DNA from: Bacteroidales bacterium
GTDB taxonomy: Bacteria > Bacteroidota > Bacteroidia > Bacteroidales > UBA3663
Length of the DNA stretch: 64,000 nt
Assembly: GCA_045629225.1 (NCBI GenBank)
Contig: JAZQQU010000023.1
Span: 14,257-78,256, forward strand
Direction: 5' to 3'
The notes beneath the pieces were generated by a model. That model did not search any database. It was not told the origin of the DNA and saw nothing but the letters and a program-made list of their open reading frames with translations. Shown here in pieces: positions 20,223 through 31,308 of the stretch (positions are counted from its first letter, which is position 1; each line of letters opens with the position of its first letter). The position numbers and the translations under genes are program-made.

Positions 20223-22706
20223 ATGCATATACTCAAATTCGGAGGCACCTCGGTAGGATCTATCGCTAGCATCAAGAACGTCAAGGAAATTGTGGAAGGT
20301 CGTAAGGAACCCTCAATTGTTGTGGTAAGCGCCTTGGGTGGCATCACCGACCGACTCATAGCCACAGCTAATAAGGCGGCCGCCGGCGACGAATCTTACA
20401 TGGAGGAATTCCGCTTTATACAGCAACGTCATTATGACGTGGTTGAAGGTCTGCTCGACGGTGAGAAACTCAGTGCAGTGAAGATGTTTGTCAGCAGTAC
20501 GCTCGACGAACTTTGCAACATCTTCCAGGGCATCTACCTGATACGCGAACTTTCGGCTCGAACTCTTTGCACGGTGGTAAGCTATGGTGAACGTATTTCG
20601 AGCCGCATCATTGCCAACGTCATCGAGGGTGCAAAATGGGTAGATAGTCGGGATGTCATCAAGACCCGCAAGGTGTTTGAGAAGAACGTGTGCGACTTCC
20701 AGCTGACCAACCCTCTCATTCGAGAGCGGCTGCTCCCATTGGTTTCTATTGCCAAGGAGTCTGCCTTTACTACTAAACCCACAACAGGCAGCTCCACCAT
20801 AGTCATGGGTGGTTTCATCAGTCGCGACGGTCAAACGGGTGAGGTGACGAACCTGGGACGTGGAGGCTCTGACTACACTGCTGCCATCGTTGCTGCAGCA
20901 CTCGACGCAGACATGCTCGAGATCTGGACGGATGTGGATGGATTCATGACAGCGGATCCGCGTGTGATCAATTCGGCCTACGTCATCAATGAGCTGTCAT
21001 TCATTGAGGCCATGGAGCTCTGTAACTTCGGTGCCAAAGTAATCTATCCACCAACGATCTTCCCAGTGTTCCATAAGAACATTCCGATCGTAATCAAGAA
21101 TACTTTTAATCCTACGGCTAAGGGCACACTGATTCATGCTAATCCAAGCCACGAGGATATGAAGATCATCAAGGGTATTTCGAGCATCAATGACACCTGT
21201 CTGGTGACCATCTCCGGTCTTGGAATGGTGGGTGTGATAGGTGTGAATAAGCGCATCTTCACAGCATTAGCCAACCATGGCATTTCGGTCTTCATCGTGA
21301 GTCAAGCATCGTCGGAGAGTACTACTACTATTGGTGTGCGCAACGACGAGGCCGACAAGACCATAGAGGTGCTTGAGGAGGAGTTCCGTTATGAAATACA
21401 AGCTGGTGAGATCAGCGCCATTACCGCCGAACATGAACTGGCCACTGTTGCCGTAGTGGGGGAAAAGATGAAATCGACCACAGGCATAGCAGGTAAGTTG
21501 TTCAGGATTATGGGATTGAACGGCATTAATATTATTGCTTGTGCCCAAGGTGCTTCGGAAACCAACATCTCGTTTGTGATCAAAAAGTCCTCGTTGCGAA
21601 AGGCTCTGAACGTGATACACGATTCATTCTTCCTTTCGGAAGTGTCAATTCTAAATGTTTTCCTCACGGGTGTGGGAGTAGTGGGTCGCAACCTGTTATA
21701 TCAGATTCGCAACCAACAGGCATACCTTCAACAGCACAAAAACCTGCAGTTGCGCATAGTAGGTCTGGCCAATAGCCGCCAGTGTATCTTCAATCGAGAG
21801 GGCATAGATCTGGACAATTGGGAGGCTGAGCTCAAAGCATCAAGTAACTCCAGCTCGCCTGAGATTCTGCGCGAAGCCATTATTGGAATGAATGTGTTCA
21901 ATGCCGTGTTTGTCGATTGTACCGCTTCGCCTGCCATTGCTGATATCTATCAGGACCTGTTGGCCCACAATGTCAGTGTGGTTTGCGCCAACAAGTATGC
22001 AGCCTCAGGTGACTACGACCGCTATTTGCAACTAAAACGCACTGCACGCATACGCGGTGTCAAGTATTTGTTTGAGACCAACGTCGGTGCTGGTCTGCCA
22101 ATCATCAATACGATCAACAATCTAATCAACTCTGGTGACGAGATTCTCAAGATCGAGGCTGTTGTCAGCGGAACGCTCAACTACATCTTTAATGTACTGT
22201 CAGAGGATGTCCCTATGTCAAAAGCTATTCACATGGCACGCGAAGCTGGCTATGCTGAGCCTGATCCACGTCAGGATCTCAATGCTTCAGACGTAATTCG
22301 CAAGATTACCATTCTTGCTCGCGAGTCAGGTTACCGCATTAGTCAAGAGGATGTAGAGAAGCACTTGTTCATCCCCGATGAGTACTTCGAAGGTCCGGTT
22401 GAAGCCTTCTGGGAGCGCATTTCAGAGCTCGATGACCACTTCGAGCAAATGCGTAAAGAGGCTGCCAAGAATAACGAAGCTTTCCGTTTTGTGGCTACAC
22501 TCGAAGATGGACATGCACGAGTAGAACTTCGCAAAGTAAGTCCAACTCATCCATTCTACCATTTGGAAGGTTCTAACAATATCATTCTGCTTACCACAGC
22601 ACGCTATAAGGAATTCCCAATGGAGATCAAGGGGTATGGTGCTGGTGCTGCCGTAACTGCTGCTGGTGTATTTGCCGATGTGATTGGCATTGCAAACATC
22701 CGATAA
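20223..22706 (+). CDS. thrA: Bifunctional aspartokinase / homoserine dehydrogenase I
   Basis: KFGGTSV, LGRGGSDYTA, WTDVDG, ACT domains, ETNVGAGLP, EPDPRQDL, GYGAGA. Confidence 0.97.
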   Translation: MHILKFGGTSVGSIASIKNVKEIVEGRKEPSIVVVSALGGITDRLIATANKAAAGDESYMEEFRFIQQRHYDVVEGLLDGEKLSAVKMFVSSTLDELCNIFQGIYLIRELSARTLCTVVSYGERISSRIIANVIEGAKWVDSRDVIKTRKVFEKNVCDFQLTNPLIRERLLPLVSIAKESAFTTKPTTGSSTIVMGGFISRDGQTGEVTNLGRGGSDYTAAIVAAALDADMLEIWTDVDGFMTADPRVINSAYVINELSFIEAMELCNFGAKVIYPPTIFPVFHKNIPIVIKNTFNPTAKGTLIHANPSHEDMKIIKGISSINDTCLVTISGLGMVGVIGVNKRIFTALANHGISVFIVSQASSESTTTIGVRNDEADKTIEVLEEEFRYEIQAGEISAITAEHELATVAVVGEKMKSTTGIAGKLFRIMGLNGINIIACAQGASETNISFVIKKSSLRKALNVIHDSFFLSEVSILNVFLTGVGVVGRNLLYQIRNQQAYLQQHKNLQLRIVGLANSRQCIFNREGIDLDNWEAELKASSNSSSPEILREAIIGMNVFNAVFVDCTASPAIADIYQDLLAHNVSVVCANKYAASGDYDRYLQLKRTARIRGVKYLFETNVGAGLPIINTINNLINSGDEILKIEAVVSGTLNYIFNVLSEDVPMSKAIHMAREAGYAEPDPRQDLNASDVIRKITILARESGYRISQEDVEKHLFIPDEYFEGPVEAFWERISELDDHFEQMRKEAAKNNEAFRFVATLEDGHARVELRKVSPTHPFYHLEGSNNIILLTTARYKEFPMEIKGYGAGAAVTAAGVFADVIGIANIR

Positions 22707-22743
22707 TGTATCAAATAGCCTGATTTGACTTATACATAAGAAG

Positions 22744-22789
22744 AAGGAAATCAACAAGCAAACTTCTATAGTACGCTGTTGATTTCCTT
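22744..22789. terminator. Inverted repeat between convergent thrA and rib operon
   Basis: 13-bp arms AAGGAAATCAACA / TGTTGATTTCCTT. Confidence 0.6.
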
Positions 22790-22793
22790 TATT

Positions 22794-23174
22794 TTATAGA
22801 GTAGTTTCGCGACATGCCTCTAAATCTGTGGCTAATTGGTGGCGTAGTTCGTCGAGCGAGCTCATCCGGCGTTCATCACGAATACGCCGTGTCAACGTAA
22901 GATGCAGGATTTGTCCATACAAGTCTCCCTCGTAATCCAAAAGATGAGCCTCGATGGAAAGACAGTGACTTAGATTATCGATCGTGGGACGAAAACCCAC
23001 ATTGACCATAGCTAACCAAGAGCTTCCGTCGGGTAACAAACATTGGGCAGCGTACACACCCGATGGCGGCACGTTGCCCTTCAATGTGTCGAGCCCTAAG
23101 TTAGCAGTGGGATAGCCTAACTTTCGACCTAATTGATGGCCGTGGACTACAATGCTTGACAGATTGTAAATCAT
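22794..23174 (-). CDS. Stand-alone riboflavin kinase (RibF C-terminal domain only)
   Basis: VVHGHQLGRKLGYPTAN, GVY, NVGFRPT, EAHLLD, IRDERR; 126 aa, no FAD synthetase domain. Confidence 0.88.
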   Translation of the reverse strand: MIYNLSSIVVHGHQLGRKLGYPTANLGLDTLKGNVPPSGVYAAQCLLPDGSSWLAMVNVGFRPTIDNLSHCLSIEAHLLDYEGDLYGQILHLTLTRRIRDERRMSSLDELRHQLATDLEACRETTL

Positions 23175-23181
23175 TTTAATA

Positions 23182-23643
23182 TTACAGCCCTTTCACAACA
23201 TTGACCATCTCGATAGCAGAAATCATGGCATCAGCACCCTTGTTGCCTGCCTTGGTTCCTGCACGTTCAATGGCCTGTTCGATGCTGTCAGTAGTGAGAA
23301 TGCCGTTTGTAACAGGCACGCCTGTCTTGAGGCTAGCCGTAGCGATACCCTTGGCACTCTCGTTGGCTACCATATCGAAGTGAGGAGTGGCTCCACGAAT
23401 GACAGCACCGAGACATACAACAGCGTCAAACTTGCCTGACTCTGCCATTCGCTGTGCAATCAGAGGAATTTCAAATGCACCAGGCACCATCACCAGCGTG
23501 AGGTCGTCAGTGTTTCCACCATGACGTACAAAACAATCTTCGGCTCCTCCTACCAGCTGGCTAACGATAAAATCATTGAAACGTGAGGCTACAATACCAA
23601 TCTTCTGACCTGTAGCGGTCAGTTGTCCTTCTACTTTCTTCAT
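23182..23643 (-). CDS. ribH: 6,7-dimethyl-8-ribityllumazine synthase
   Basis: [37 protein letters not shown]. Confidence 0.97.
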   Translation of the reverse strand: MKKVEGQLTATGQKIGIVASRFNDFIVSQLVGGAEDCFVRHGGNTDDLTLVMVPGAFEIPLIAQRMAESGKFDAVVCLGAVIRGATPHFDMVANESAKGIATASLKTGVPVTNGILTTDSIEQAIERAGTKAGNKGADAMISAIEMVNVVKGL

Positions 23644-23653
23644 AATACTTTTT

Positions 23654-24874
23654 TTAATACTGTTTCTTCAAATCTTTTAAATGCAACAGATGTCCCATCT
23701 TACTATACTTTGTGTACATATAGAACTCATCCTTCTCGTTACATGTCATTTCAATTGGTTCTCTACTTACTACCTTAAGTCCAAACCCATCCAAGCCATC
23801 AATTTTGGCTGGATTGTTAGTCATGAGACAGAGCTCGTGTATGCCTAAGTCTGCAAGAATGGAGGCCCCCGTCCCATATTCACGCAAGTCAGCAGCAAAG
23901 CCTAAGGCAAGATTAGCCTCAACCGTGTCCATACCTTGATCCTGAAGGCTATAGGCACGTAGTTTGTTGATCAGACCAATGCCTCGTCCTTCCTGGCGCA
24001 AATAGAGTAGCACTCCTCTACCACGAGCCTCGATGCGACGTAATGCTTCGGCCAACTGTTCTCCACAGTCACAACGCAGGCTACCGAAGGCATCGCCTGT
24101 CAGACACTCGGAATGAACGCGACAAAGCACAGGCTCAGGAGTTGTAACATCGCCTTTGACCAAAGCTACATGATGCTCGCCCGTAACACTGTTCACGTAT
24201 CCATAAGCTTTGAAAGATCCATACTTTGTTGGCAGTTCTGCCACACTTACCTGATTGACCAGTTTTTCGGTTTTGCGTCGATAGGCAACCAAATCAGCGA
24301 TTGTGATGATGACCAACTGATGCTTGGATGCAAAGTCCTGAAGCTCTTGAGTACGCATCATGGTGCCGTCCTCGCGCATAATCTCGCAACAGAGACCACA
24401 CTCGCGGAGGCCAGCAAGACGGCACAAATCTACAGTGGCTTCGGTATGACCCGTACGTACCAACACACCACCATCGCGTGCCTGCAATGGGAACATATGA
24501 CCTGGACGGCGGAAATCTGAAGGCTTTGTTCCCTCAGCCACAATAGCGCGAGCTGTTACGCCACGTTCGACAGCCGAAATGCCTGTAGTAGTTGTAATGT
24601 GGTCTATGCTCACAGTGAAGGCTGTCAGATGGTTATCGCTATTGTTAGCACACATCTGAGGCAGATTCAAACGTTCACATATATTACGGCTCATTGGCAT
24701 GCAGATCAAGCCTTTGGCTTCTGATGCCATGAAGTTGACGTTCTCTGTGGTAGCGAACTCTGCAGCACAAATCAAATCGCCCTCGTTCTCTCGTTCAGGA
24801 TCGTCGAGCACAAGAATACACTTACCCTTGCGCAGGGCCTCAAGGGCCTCGTCTATAGTATTGAATTTATTCAT
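23654..24874 (-). CDS. ribBA: Bifunctional DHBP synthase / GTP cyclohydrolase II
   Basis: [23 protein letters not shown]; [25 protein letters not shown]. Confidence 0.97.
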   Translation of the reverse strand: MNKFNTIDEALEALRKGKCILVLDDPERENEGDLICAAEFATTENVNFMASEAKGLICMPMSRNICERLNLPQMCANNSDNHLTAFTVSIDHITTTTGISAVERGVTARAIVAEGTKPSDFRRPGHMFPLQARDGGVLVRTGHTEATVDLCRLAGLRECGLCCEIMREDGTMMRTQELQDFASKHQLVIITIADLVAYRRKTEKLVNQVSVAELPTKYGSFKAYGYVNSVTGEHHVALVKGDVTTPEPVLCRVHSECLTGDAFGSLRCDCGEQLAEALRRIEARGRGVLLYLRQEGRGIGLINKLRAYSLQDQGMDTVEANLALGFAADLREYGTGASILADLGIHELCLMTNNPAKIDGLDGFGLKVVSREPIEMTCNEKDEFYMYTKYSKMGHLLHLKDLKKQY

Positions 24875-24877
24875 TTT

Positions 24878-25510
24878 TCAAAATCCACAATTTTTCATTT
24901 TTTCTAAGAGACTGGCGTCAGGTGCATGACCTAACAGTCGCTCTACGTATTTTGCTATCACATCATTTTCGATGTTCACACTATCTCCCACTCGTGCCAC
25001 ATGGAGCGTAGTTGCGCTCTGTGTATGTGGAATAAGCGACACAGAGAAAGACCCTTCATCCACACGTGCTACCGTAAGTGACACTCCCTGCAAAGCCACA
25101 CTACCCTTCTCGATGACATAACGCAACATACGACTTTCACACTCCACCGTAAGCCACAATGCATTGTCATCCTGACTACGTTTAGAGATCCTGCCAGTGC
25201 CATCAATGTGGCCTGATACGATGTGTCCGCCCAATCGTGTCTGTAACTGCAAGGCTCGCTCCAAGTTTACAGGGCTGCCAGCAATCAGTTCGATCAGAGA
25301 CGTGCGACTGACGGTCTCTGGCATCACATCGGCAGAGAAACTATGCTTGGAGAGGCTCGTCACAGTGAGGCAGACACCATTGGTAGCAATACTATCACCA
25401 ACCTGTGTGCCTTCTAACACTTTATTAGCCTCGACTTCGAGGGTAAAGCTACGAGCACCACGGCGAAGGGAGAGCACGTGACCAACTTCTTCAATAATAC
25501 CTGTGAACAC
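24878..25510 (-). CDS. ribE: Riboflavin synthase alpha chain
   Basis: MFTGIIEE N-terminus, GDSIATNGVCLTV, GGHIVSGHIDG. Confidence 0.96.
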   Translation of the reverse strand: MFTGIIEEVGHVLSLRRGARSFTLEVEANKVLEGTQVGDSIATNGVCLTVTSLSKHSFSADVMPETVSRTSLIELIAGSPVNLERALQLQTRLGGHIVSGHIDGTGRISKRSQDDNALWLTVECESRMLRYVIEKGSVALQGVSLTVARVDEGSFSVSLIPHTQSATTLHVARVGDSVNIENDVIAKYVERLLGHAPDASLLEKMKNCGF

Positions 25511-25560
25511 TTGATTGATATTTTATTACAATTTTCTAATTTATAGATTGAGCAATGTTT

Positions 25561-26679
25561 TCAATACTGATTGTGCAAAGTGCCATGAATGAGGACATCG
25601 TCACCTACTAGTTCTGTTTTGACATTGTTAATCATCAAGGCGTTGCGCATAAGATCAATGCCTTGGCCTTCGACTGGAGTCTTTGCCTGAGAGCCACCTA
25701 CGATTTTGGGAGAAATGAAAGCATATACCTCATCGACCAATTGATCGCGGAGGAAAGCTTCTAGCAGGGTACCTCCTCCTTCTAGTAGTATGCAATCAAT
25801 GTGATTCTCACATGCTTTTTCGATAAGTGACTTAGCAGTGGTACAACACCAGGTTTCTACACCAGCATCGTGTAACATTTTAAGTTTGACAGCATCAATA
25901 TCATCACCATGGGCTACTATTGTATGCAATTGATGGGCAGATTGTACCAGTTGACTATCCAAAGGGATACGCAGATGACGATCAGCTACTATACGGATGG
26001 GATTGCGAGCTTGTGGCATAGCAGCTATGCGTGTGTTGAGCATTGGGTCGTCAGCAAGAACCGTGCCAATGCCACATAAGATGGCTGTAAGCTTGCGACG
26101 AAGCATGTGAACACGTTCTCGAGAGGCAGGACATGAAACCCAACGACTATCACCCGTATGTGTACAGATCTTGCCATCAAGCGTCATTGCATACTTAGCC
26201 AAAACCCATGGGCGACGAGTGGTAATATAGTGAAGAAACACTCGGTTCTGATAACGCAGTTCATGGGCAAGATCAGAAGAAGGATCGATCACTTCAACCT
26301 CAATTCCTGCCCTACGCAACAGTTCGACTCCCTTGCCACCCACCAGAGGGTTGGGATCAAGCAATCCAACAACTACTCGTGCAATGTGGTGTTCGATAAT
26401 GGCCTCCGTACATGGCGGTTGATGACCATGATGGCAACAGGGCTCGAGCGTGACATACATTGTGGCACCTTTACACAAAACACCTCGCAGTTGAGCATTA
26501 CGGAAGGCATTGCGTTCGGCATGGAGATCGCCATAACGTTCGTGATAGCCTTGAGCTATGATTGTATTCTGTCGCACAATCAATGCTCCGACCATGGGGT
26601 TCGGATTAACAGTACCTTCGCCCTGTTGTGCCAATAACATGGCTTGACGTATGAATTGTAAATCTTCGGTGGTTATCAA
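25561..26679 (-). CDS. ribD: Riboflavin-specific deaminase/reductase
   Basis: NPMVGA, HAE, TLEPCCH..PPC, TLDGKI, LEGGG. Confidence 0.96.
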   Translation of the reverse strand: MITTEDLQFIRQAMLLAQQGEGTVNPNPMVGALIVRQNTIIAQGYHERYGDLHAERNAFRNAQLRGVLCKGATMYVTLEPCCHHGHQPPCTEAIIEHHIARVVVGLLDPNPLVGGKGVELLRRAGIEVEVIDPSSDLAHELRYQNRVFLHYITTRRPWVLAKYAMTLDGKICTHTGDSRWVSCPASRERVHMLRRKLTAILCGIGTVLADDPMLNTRIAAMPQARNPIRIVADRHLRIPLDSQLVQSAHQLHTIVAHGDDIDAVKLKMLHDAGVETWCCTTAKSLIEKACENHIDCILLEGGGTLLEAFLRDQLVDEVYAFISPKIVGGSQAKTPVEGQGIDLMRNALMINNVKTELVGDDVLIHGTLHNQY

Positions 26680-26713
26680 GAGACGTAAAGTATTTAATTA
26701 CAAAGAAACTTGG

Positions 26714-27769
26714 TCATGCATGAGTAGTGAGCTCACCAGCCAGATTTGAGGACATTTGTTCCTCAACTGCATGCTGCGGAATACCTTGCCCCAAGAGAAA
26801 CATGAGCTTGACTATGGTTGCCTCAGTAGTCATGTCGCCAGAACTAATTACACCAGACTGTTGCAGACTATTGCCTGTCTCGTAGATGCCCATCTCGACG
26901 GAGCCACCCAGACATTGTGTGACGTTGACCAATACAAGACCACGATCAACAGCTTGACGCAGTTCGCGTAAGAACCAATCATAGGTCATAGCATTGCCTG
27001 CACCAAAAGTTTCGAGAACCACACCACGCAGCCCTGGTATGTTGAGCAGCGAATGTACAGTGAGTTCAGTGATGCCTGGGAATAGACGCAGCACCACGAT
27101 GTCGCAACACATACTATAATTGGGACGTAATGTGTGACGTGCATGGATACCATGCATGATGTGGTGATGTGCCCAAGTGATGTGTACACCTACACGAGCC
27201 AAAGGTGGATAGTTGGGAGAAGTGAAGGCATGAAACTCCTCACTAGAAAGTTTCTTGCTGCGATTTCCTCGCAATAGTGAGCCTTGGAAGTAAATACAAA
27301 CCTCAGGTACCATAGGAAGGCCAATACGGTCCTTTGAGGCAGCTATCTCGATGGCTGTAATCAGATTCTCTTTGCCATCCGTACGCAGCACACCAATGGG
27401 AAGTTGCGAACCTGTCAAAATGATTGGTTTGCCTAAGTTCTGCAGCATGTAGCTCAATGCGGAGGCAGTGTATGCCATGGTGTCTGTACCATGCAGCACA
27501 ACAAAACCATCGTAGCCAGCATAGTTATCGACAATAGTGACAGCCAGTTTCTTCCATAACTCAGGATTCATGTTGCTGGAGTCGAGTGGTGGGTCAAACT
27601 GGATGGTGTCGCAGCTGATCTTGACTTGCGAAAGCTCGGGAACATGACGCACCAAATGACTGAAGTCGAGCGGTTCATGGGCTCCAGTCACGGGGTTCTT
27701 CGTCATACCGATGGTTCCACCAGTGTAGATAATGAGGACGCGAGGCTGAGGTGGTGTGGTGATTGGCAT
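26714..27769 (-). CDS. ansA: L-asparaginase type I
   Basis: YTGGTIGM, DSSNM, HGTDTMAY, TGSQLP, GAGNA. Confidence 0.93.
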   Translation of the reverse strand: MPITTPPQPRVLIIYTGGTIGMTKNPVTGAHEPLDFSHLVRHVPELSQVKISCDTIQFDPPLDSSNMNPELWKKLAVTIVDNYAGYDGFVVLHGTDTMAYTASALSYMLQNLGKPIILTGSQLPIGVLRTDGKENLITAIEIAASKDRIGLPMVPEVCIYFQGSLLRGNRSKKLSSEEFHAFTSPNYPPLARVGVHITWAHHHIMHGIHARHTLRPNYSMCCDIVVLRLFPGITELTVHSLLNIPGLRGVVLETFGAGNAMTYDWFLRELRQAVDRGLVLVNVTQCLGGSVEMGIYETGNSLQQSGVISSGDMTTEATIVKLMFLLGQGIPQHAVEEQMSSNLAGELTTHA

Positions 27770-27791
27770 CAATCAACAGATTAGAAAAGGA

Positions 27792-28901
27792 TTATTTGCT
27801 GACCTCTACACGTTGTGTGCGAGGTTGTGTAGTGTTACGAATATGAGTCTGAGTGACTACAGCTTGCGCAAGTGAGAGGAACGACTGACCAACCATTGAA
27901 TCATAGTTGCGCACAATTGGCTCGCCCTGGTCGCCCTGCTCGCAGATACCCTGTACCACAGGAATCTGGGCAAGCAGTGGCAGTTTGAGTTTCTCGCTAA
28001 GCTGCTTGACGCCCTCACGACCAAAGAGGTAATAGCGATTATGTGGCAGTTCAGCAGGCGTAAACCATGCCATATTTTCTACCAAGCCAAGCACAGGTAC
28101 GTTGATCTTCTCGTTCTGGAACATGTCGATACCCTTACGACAATCTGCCAGTGCCACCTGTTGAGGTGTGCTGACTACTACGGCACCAGTTAGTGCAAGC
28201 GTCTGCACGATGGTGAGATGGATATCAGAAGTTCCGGGTGGAAGGTCGATGAGGAAGTAGTCAAGCTCTCCCCAATCTGCATCACCAATAAGCTGTTTAA
28301 GGGCGCTACCAGCCATAGAGCCACGCCACACGGTGGCAGAGTAGGAATCAACGAAGAACCCTACAGAGAGCACCTTGACGCCATACTTCTCTGCTGGAAT
28401 AAGAAGGTCGCGTCCGTCTTTATGCTGAGCCATGGCCTGATGATCCTCAAGGCCAAACATTTTAGGCATGGATGGACCAAATACGTCTGCATCGAGCAGA
28501 CCAACCTTATATCCAAGCATAGCCAGACCGCATGCCAAATTGGCAGCTACTGTACTCTTGCCTACACCACCTTTGCCCGAAGCTATGGCAATAATGTTCT
28601 TAACTTGAGGCAGCAACTTATCTGGCTCAGGACGAGGTGCCTGACGAGTTACAACTTTAATCTCAGGTTCAATATCCTCACCTACTTGTTGACAATAGTG
28701 TCTCAGATTAGCTTCGGCAGCTCGAAGTACAGACTTCATGAAGGGATCAGTCTGTTTGTCGAAGATAAGTGAGAATGATACATGAGAGCCATCTATGCGG
28801 ATATCATCGGCTACCATTTCGCTTTCAACAAGATTCTTCTTGGTGCCAGGATAAATAACCTGAGCAAGAGCGTCAGTTATAAGTTTCGGGTATAGGGCCA
28901 T
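27792..28901 (-). CDS. mrp: Mrp/NBP35 family Fe-S carrier ATPase
   Basis: SGKGGVGKST, DADVFGPS, DLPPGTSD, VENM. Confidence 0.93.
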   Translation of the reverse strand: MALYPKLITDALAQVIYPGTKKNLVESEMVADDIRIDGSHVSFSLIFDKQTDPFMKSVLRAAEANLRHYCQQVGEDIEPEIKVVTRQAPRPEPDKLLPQVKNIIAIASGKGGVGKSTVAANLACGLAMLGYKVGLLDADVFGPSMPKMFGLEDHQAMAQHKDGRDLLIPAEKYGVKVLSVGFFVDSYSATVWRGSMAGSALKQLIGDADWGELDYFLIDLPPGTSDIHLTIVQTLALTGAVVVSTPQQVALADCRKGIDMFQNEKINVPVLGLVENMAWFTPAELPHNRYYLFGREGVKQLSEKLKLPLLAQIPVVQGICEQGDQGEPIVRNYDSMVGQSFLSLAQAVVTQTHIRNTTQPRTQRVEVSK

Positions 28902-28955
28902 TTTTCTATTGTAGTAGTTTGAGAAGTTTTGAACTATATAAGTAAGAGGAGACAG

Positions 28956-29735
28956 TTAGGAATGAAGATTGAGCGAACTGCGTTTCTCTCGTCCAAAGGA
29001 ACGATATGAATCAAGTTCGATTTCAATCTCTGGTTCCTGCCATTCTGCTCTTGGCTGAGGCTGGAAGCAGAGGTACTTGATATCGAGACCACGAGCTATC
29101 CATTGCGACTCATAATAAGTGCGGATGCCACGCAGGGCTTCAATCGTTGGTGCTGGTGCAAAGTTCTCATCGCTGTAAAGATTGCGCGTGCTGGCCAATA
29201 TAGGAAGAGCATTGGCTCGAGCCATCTCCTCCGTGTATGTGAAGAGAAAGTTGGAGTCAGACTTTAGATGGACCAAACCATCAGACTGGAGAATATTGAG
29301 ATAACGTTGCATGAAGAGAGTACACGTCAGACGCTTATTAACCTTCTTCATTTGCGGATCAGCAAAGGTAATCCAGATCTCAGCCACTTCACCAGGAGCA
29401 AAAAAACGCTCGATAAACTCGATGTGTGTACGCACAAAGGCAACATTCGACATTTGTTGTTCCAGAGCCTCGGTGGCACCAGTCCACATGCGGGCACCCT
29501 TGATATCAAAACCGATGAAGTTCTTGTCCGGGTAGCGCTGTGCCAATCTCACAGTGTATTCACCTCGGCCACAGCCTAGTTCGATGACAATGGGGTTCTG
29601 GTTGTGAAAGTATTGTTCATGCCAACGTCCACGTAAAGGGAATGGTGTCTCTTCCAGTTGCTCGAAAGTGTACTGGAAGACGTTGGGATAGTCTGCCATG
29701 TCTGCAAACTTGGCAAGTTTATTCTTTTTAGCCAT
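28956..29735 (-). CDS. trmB: tRNA (guanine-N7)-methyltransferase
   Basis: [33 protein letters not shown]. Confidence 0.93.
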   Translation of the reverse strand: MAKKNKLAKFADMADYPNVFQYTFEQLEETPFPLRGRWHEQYFHNQNPIVIELGCGRGEYTVRLAQRYPDKNFIGFDIKGARMWTGATEALEQQMSNVAFVRTHIEFIERFFAPGEVAEIWITFADPQMKKVNKRLTCTLFMQRYLNILQSDGLVHLKSDSNFLFTYTEEMARANALPILASTRNLYSDENFAPAPTIEALRGIRTYYESQWIARGLDIKYLCFQPQPRAEWQEPEIEIELDSYRSFGREKRSSLNLHS

Positions 29736-29828
29736 GATTGGTTTTACAGAATACTAATGGGATATTTGGGTTAATAGTGGAGTGAAAGAGATAGTAATGA
29801 TGAACGTCAAATACTTAACAGTTGGCTA

Positions 29829-31271
29829 TCACTTTACTGTTACAATCTCCTTAAGCAATGACCAGAATTGAACAACACTTTCTGACTCTACCGATTCCTG
29901 TGGAGAGTGTGGATGGTGAATCGTAGGGCCTATAGAAATGATCTGAAGGTGTGGATACTTTTCACTGATGACACCGCATTCAAGACCGCAATGTACTACA
30001 GACAAGGACAAAGGAATTTGTAATCGTTCAGCAGCCTTTTGAGCTAATTGCACAAGATGAGAATCGAGAGGTGTGTTCCATGCAGCGTAGGCTGATGAAA
30101 ATTCAACACGGGCACCAGACATTACAAATGCGGATTGTAGCGAAGAAGCCAGGGCACGTTTTCGCTCCTCATCCATGCTTCGAACCAGGACTATGACCTC
30201 AGCTTCACCATCAGCTGTTGTGCGGAAAGTGGCAAGGTTTGAAGACGTATCGACCTCGCGTTTATCCATATTGCTCCAACGCCAAACACCATCGTGACAT
30301 GCTTCAACAGCATTAAGCAAATCGTCTTGAATCTCCTCAGGCAACAGCGATTTAGGCAAATCGACCAGCTGTGCAGTGAATTTCAGGTCAGGATCTACAC
30401 CTGCATATTCATAGCGATAGAGTTCATCATAGTAGTGAACCTCTTCGATGATTTCGTCTGCAACTTCAGAAGGGACAGTGATTATGGCTTTGCCTTGTCG
30501 TGCTATAGCATTTCGGAGTGTGCCACAATCAATCGAGGCCACACGAGCTTCGAAATTGACTACTGCATGTTTCAGGAAACGTGTCATCAATTTGCATGCG
30601 TTGGCACGACCCAAGTGGATGTCCATGCCGCTGTGGCCACCTGCCAGCCCCGAAAGGTTGAGCAAAAGGGCCTGATCGCCTTCGGGCACTACATTATCGA
30701 CACGATATTTCAAAAGCGCACGCATGTTTACAGCACCTGCACAACCAGTCATCAATACTCCAGCCTGTTCGGTATCAAGATTGATCATATAAGGAGCTTT
30801 GATCCAGTCTGTGTGTAAAGAGCGAGCACCCGTCATGCCAGTCTCTTCGTCTGTGGTGAATAGCAGTTCTACTGCAGGACGATTCTCAACGGGCTGTTCA
30901 GCAGCCTCAATCATCAGTGCCAACATGGCAGCTACGCCAATGCCATTGTCGGCTCCCAATGTAGTACCTGTTGCCATCAAGCAATGAGGATGACCATCGG
31001 TGTCAGTTTCAACCTCCCGCAACTGAAGTGCATCAGTCAGGAAGTCAAATTTGACATTGTCAGCCACTTGAGGCACCATGTCAAGATGTGCCTGAAGTAC
31101 GTATTGAGGATTGTTTGCAATACGTACCATCAGGTTACCTGCTTCGTCCTGGAAGAAAGCGAAACCACAGCGTTGTGCTAGTTCACCAACATACTGACAG
31201 ATGGCATCGAGATGACCACTGGCATGCGGAATTGACGAGATGGCACGGAACTGTTGCCAAAGTGAATTCAT
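29829..31271 (-). CDS. pepD: Aminoacyl-histidine dipeptidase (M20)
   Basis: QAHLDMV, GADNGIG, DEETGM, NLDTE, HCGLECG, HSPQE. Confidence 0.9.
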   Translation of the reverse strand: MNSLWQQFRAISSIPHASGHLDAICQYVGELAQRCGFAFFQDEAGNLMVRIANNPQYVLQAHLDMVPQVADNVKFDFLTDALQLREVETDTDGHPHCLMATGTTLGADNGIGVAAMLALMIEAAEQPVENRPAVELLFTTDEETGMTGARSLHTDWIKAPYMINLDTEQAGVLMTGCAGAVNMRALLKYRVDNVVPEGDQALLLNLSGLAGGHSGMDIHLGRANACKLMTRFLKHAVVNFEARVASIDCGTLRNAIARQGKAIITVPSEVADEIIEEVHYYDELYRYEYAGVDPDLKFTAQLVDLPKSLLPEEIQDDLLNAVEACHDGVWRWSNMDKREVDTSSNLATFRTTADGEAEVIVLVRSMDEERKRALASSLQSAFVMSGARVEFSSAYAAWNTPLDSHLVQLAQKAAERLQIPLSLSVVHCGLECGVISEKYPHLQIISIGPTIHHPHSPQESVESESVVQFWSLLKEIVTVK

Positions 31272-31308
31272 ATTGCGTAGATAACAAATTACGAATTAAT
31301 AACTCAGA

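Noticed and set aside
26680-26713. FMN riboswitch upstream of ribD
   Set aside because: Only 34 bp intergenic; no RFN motif
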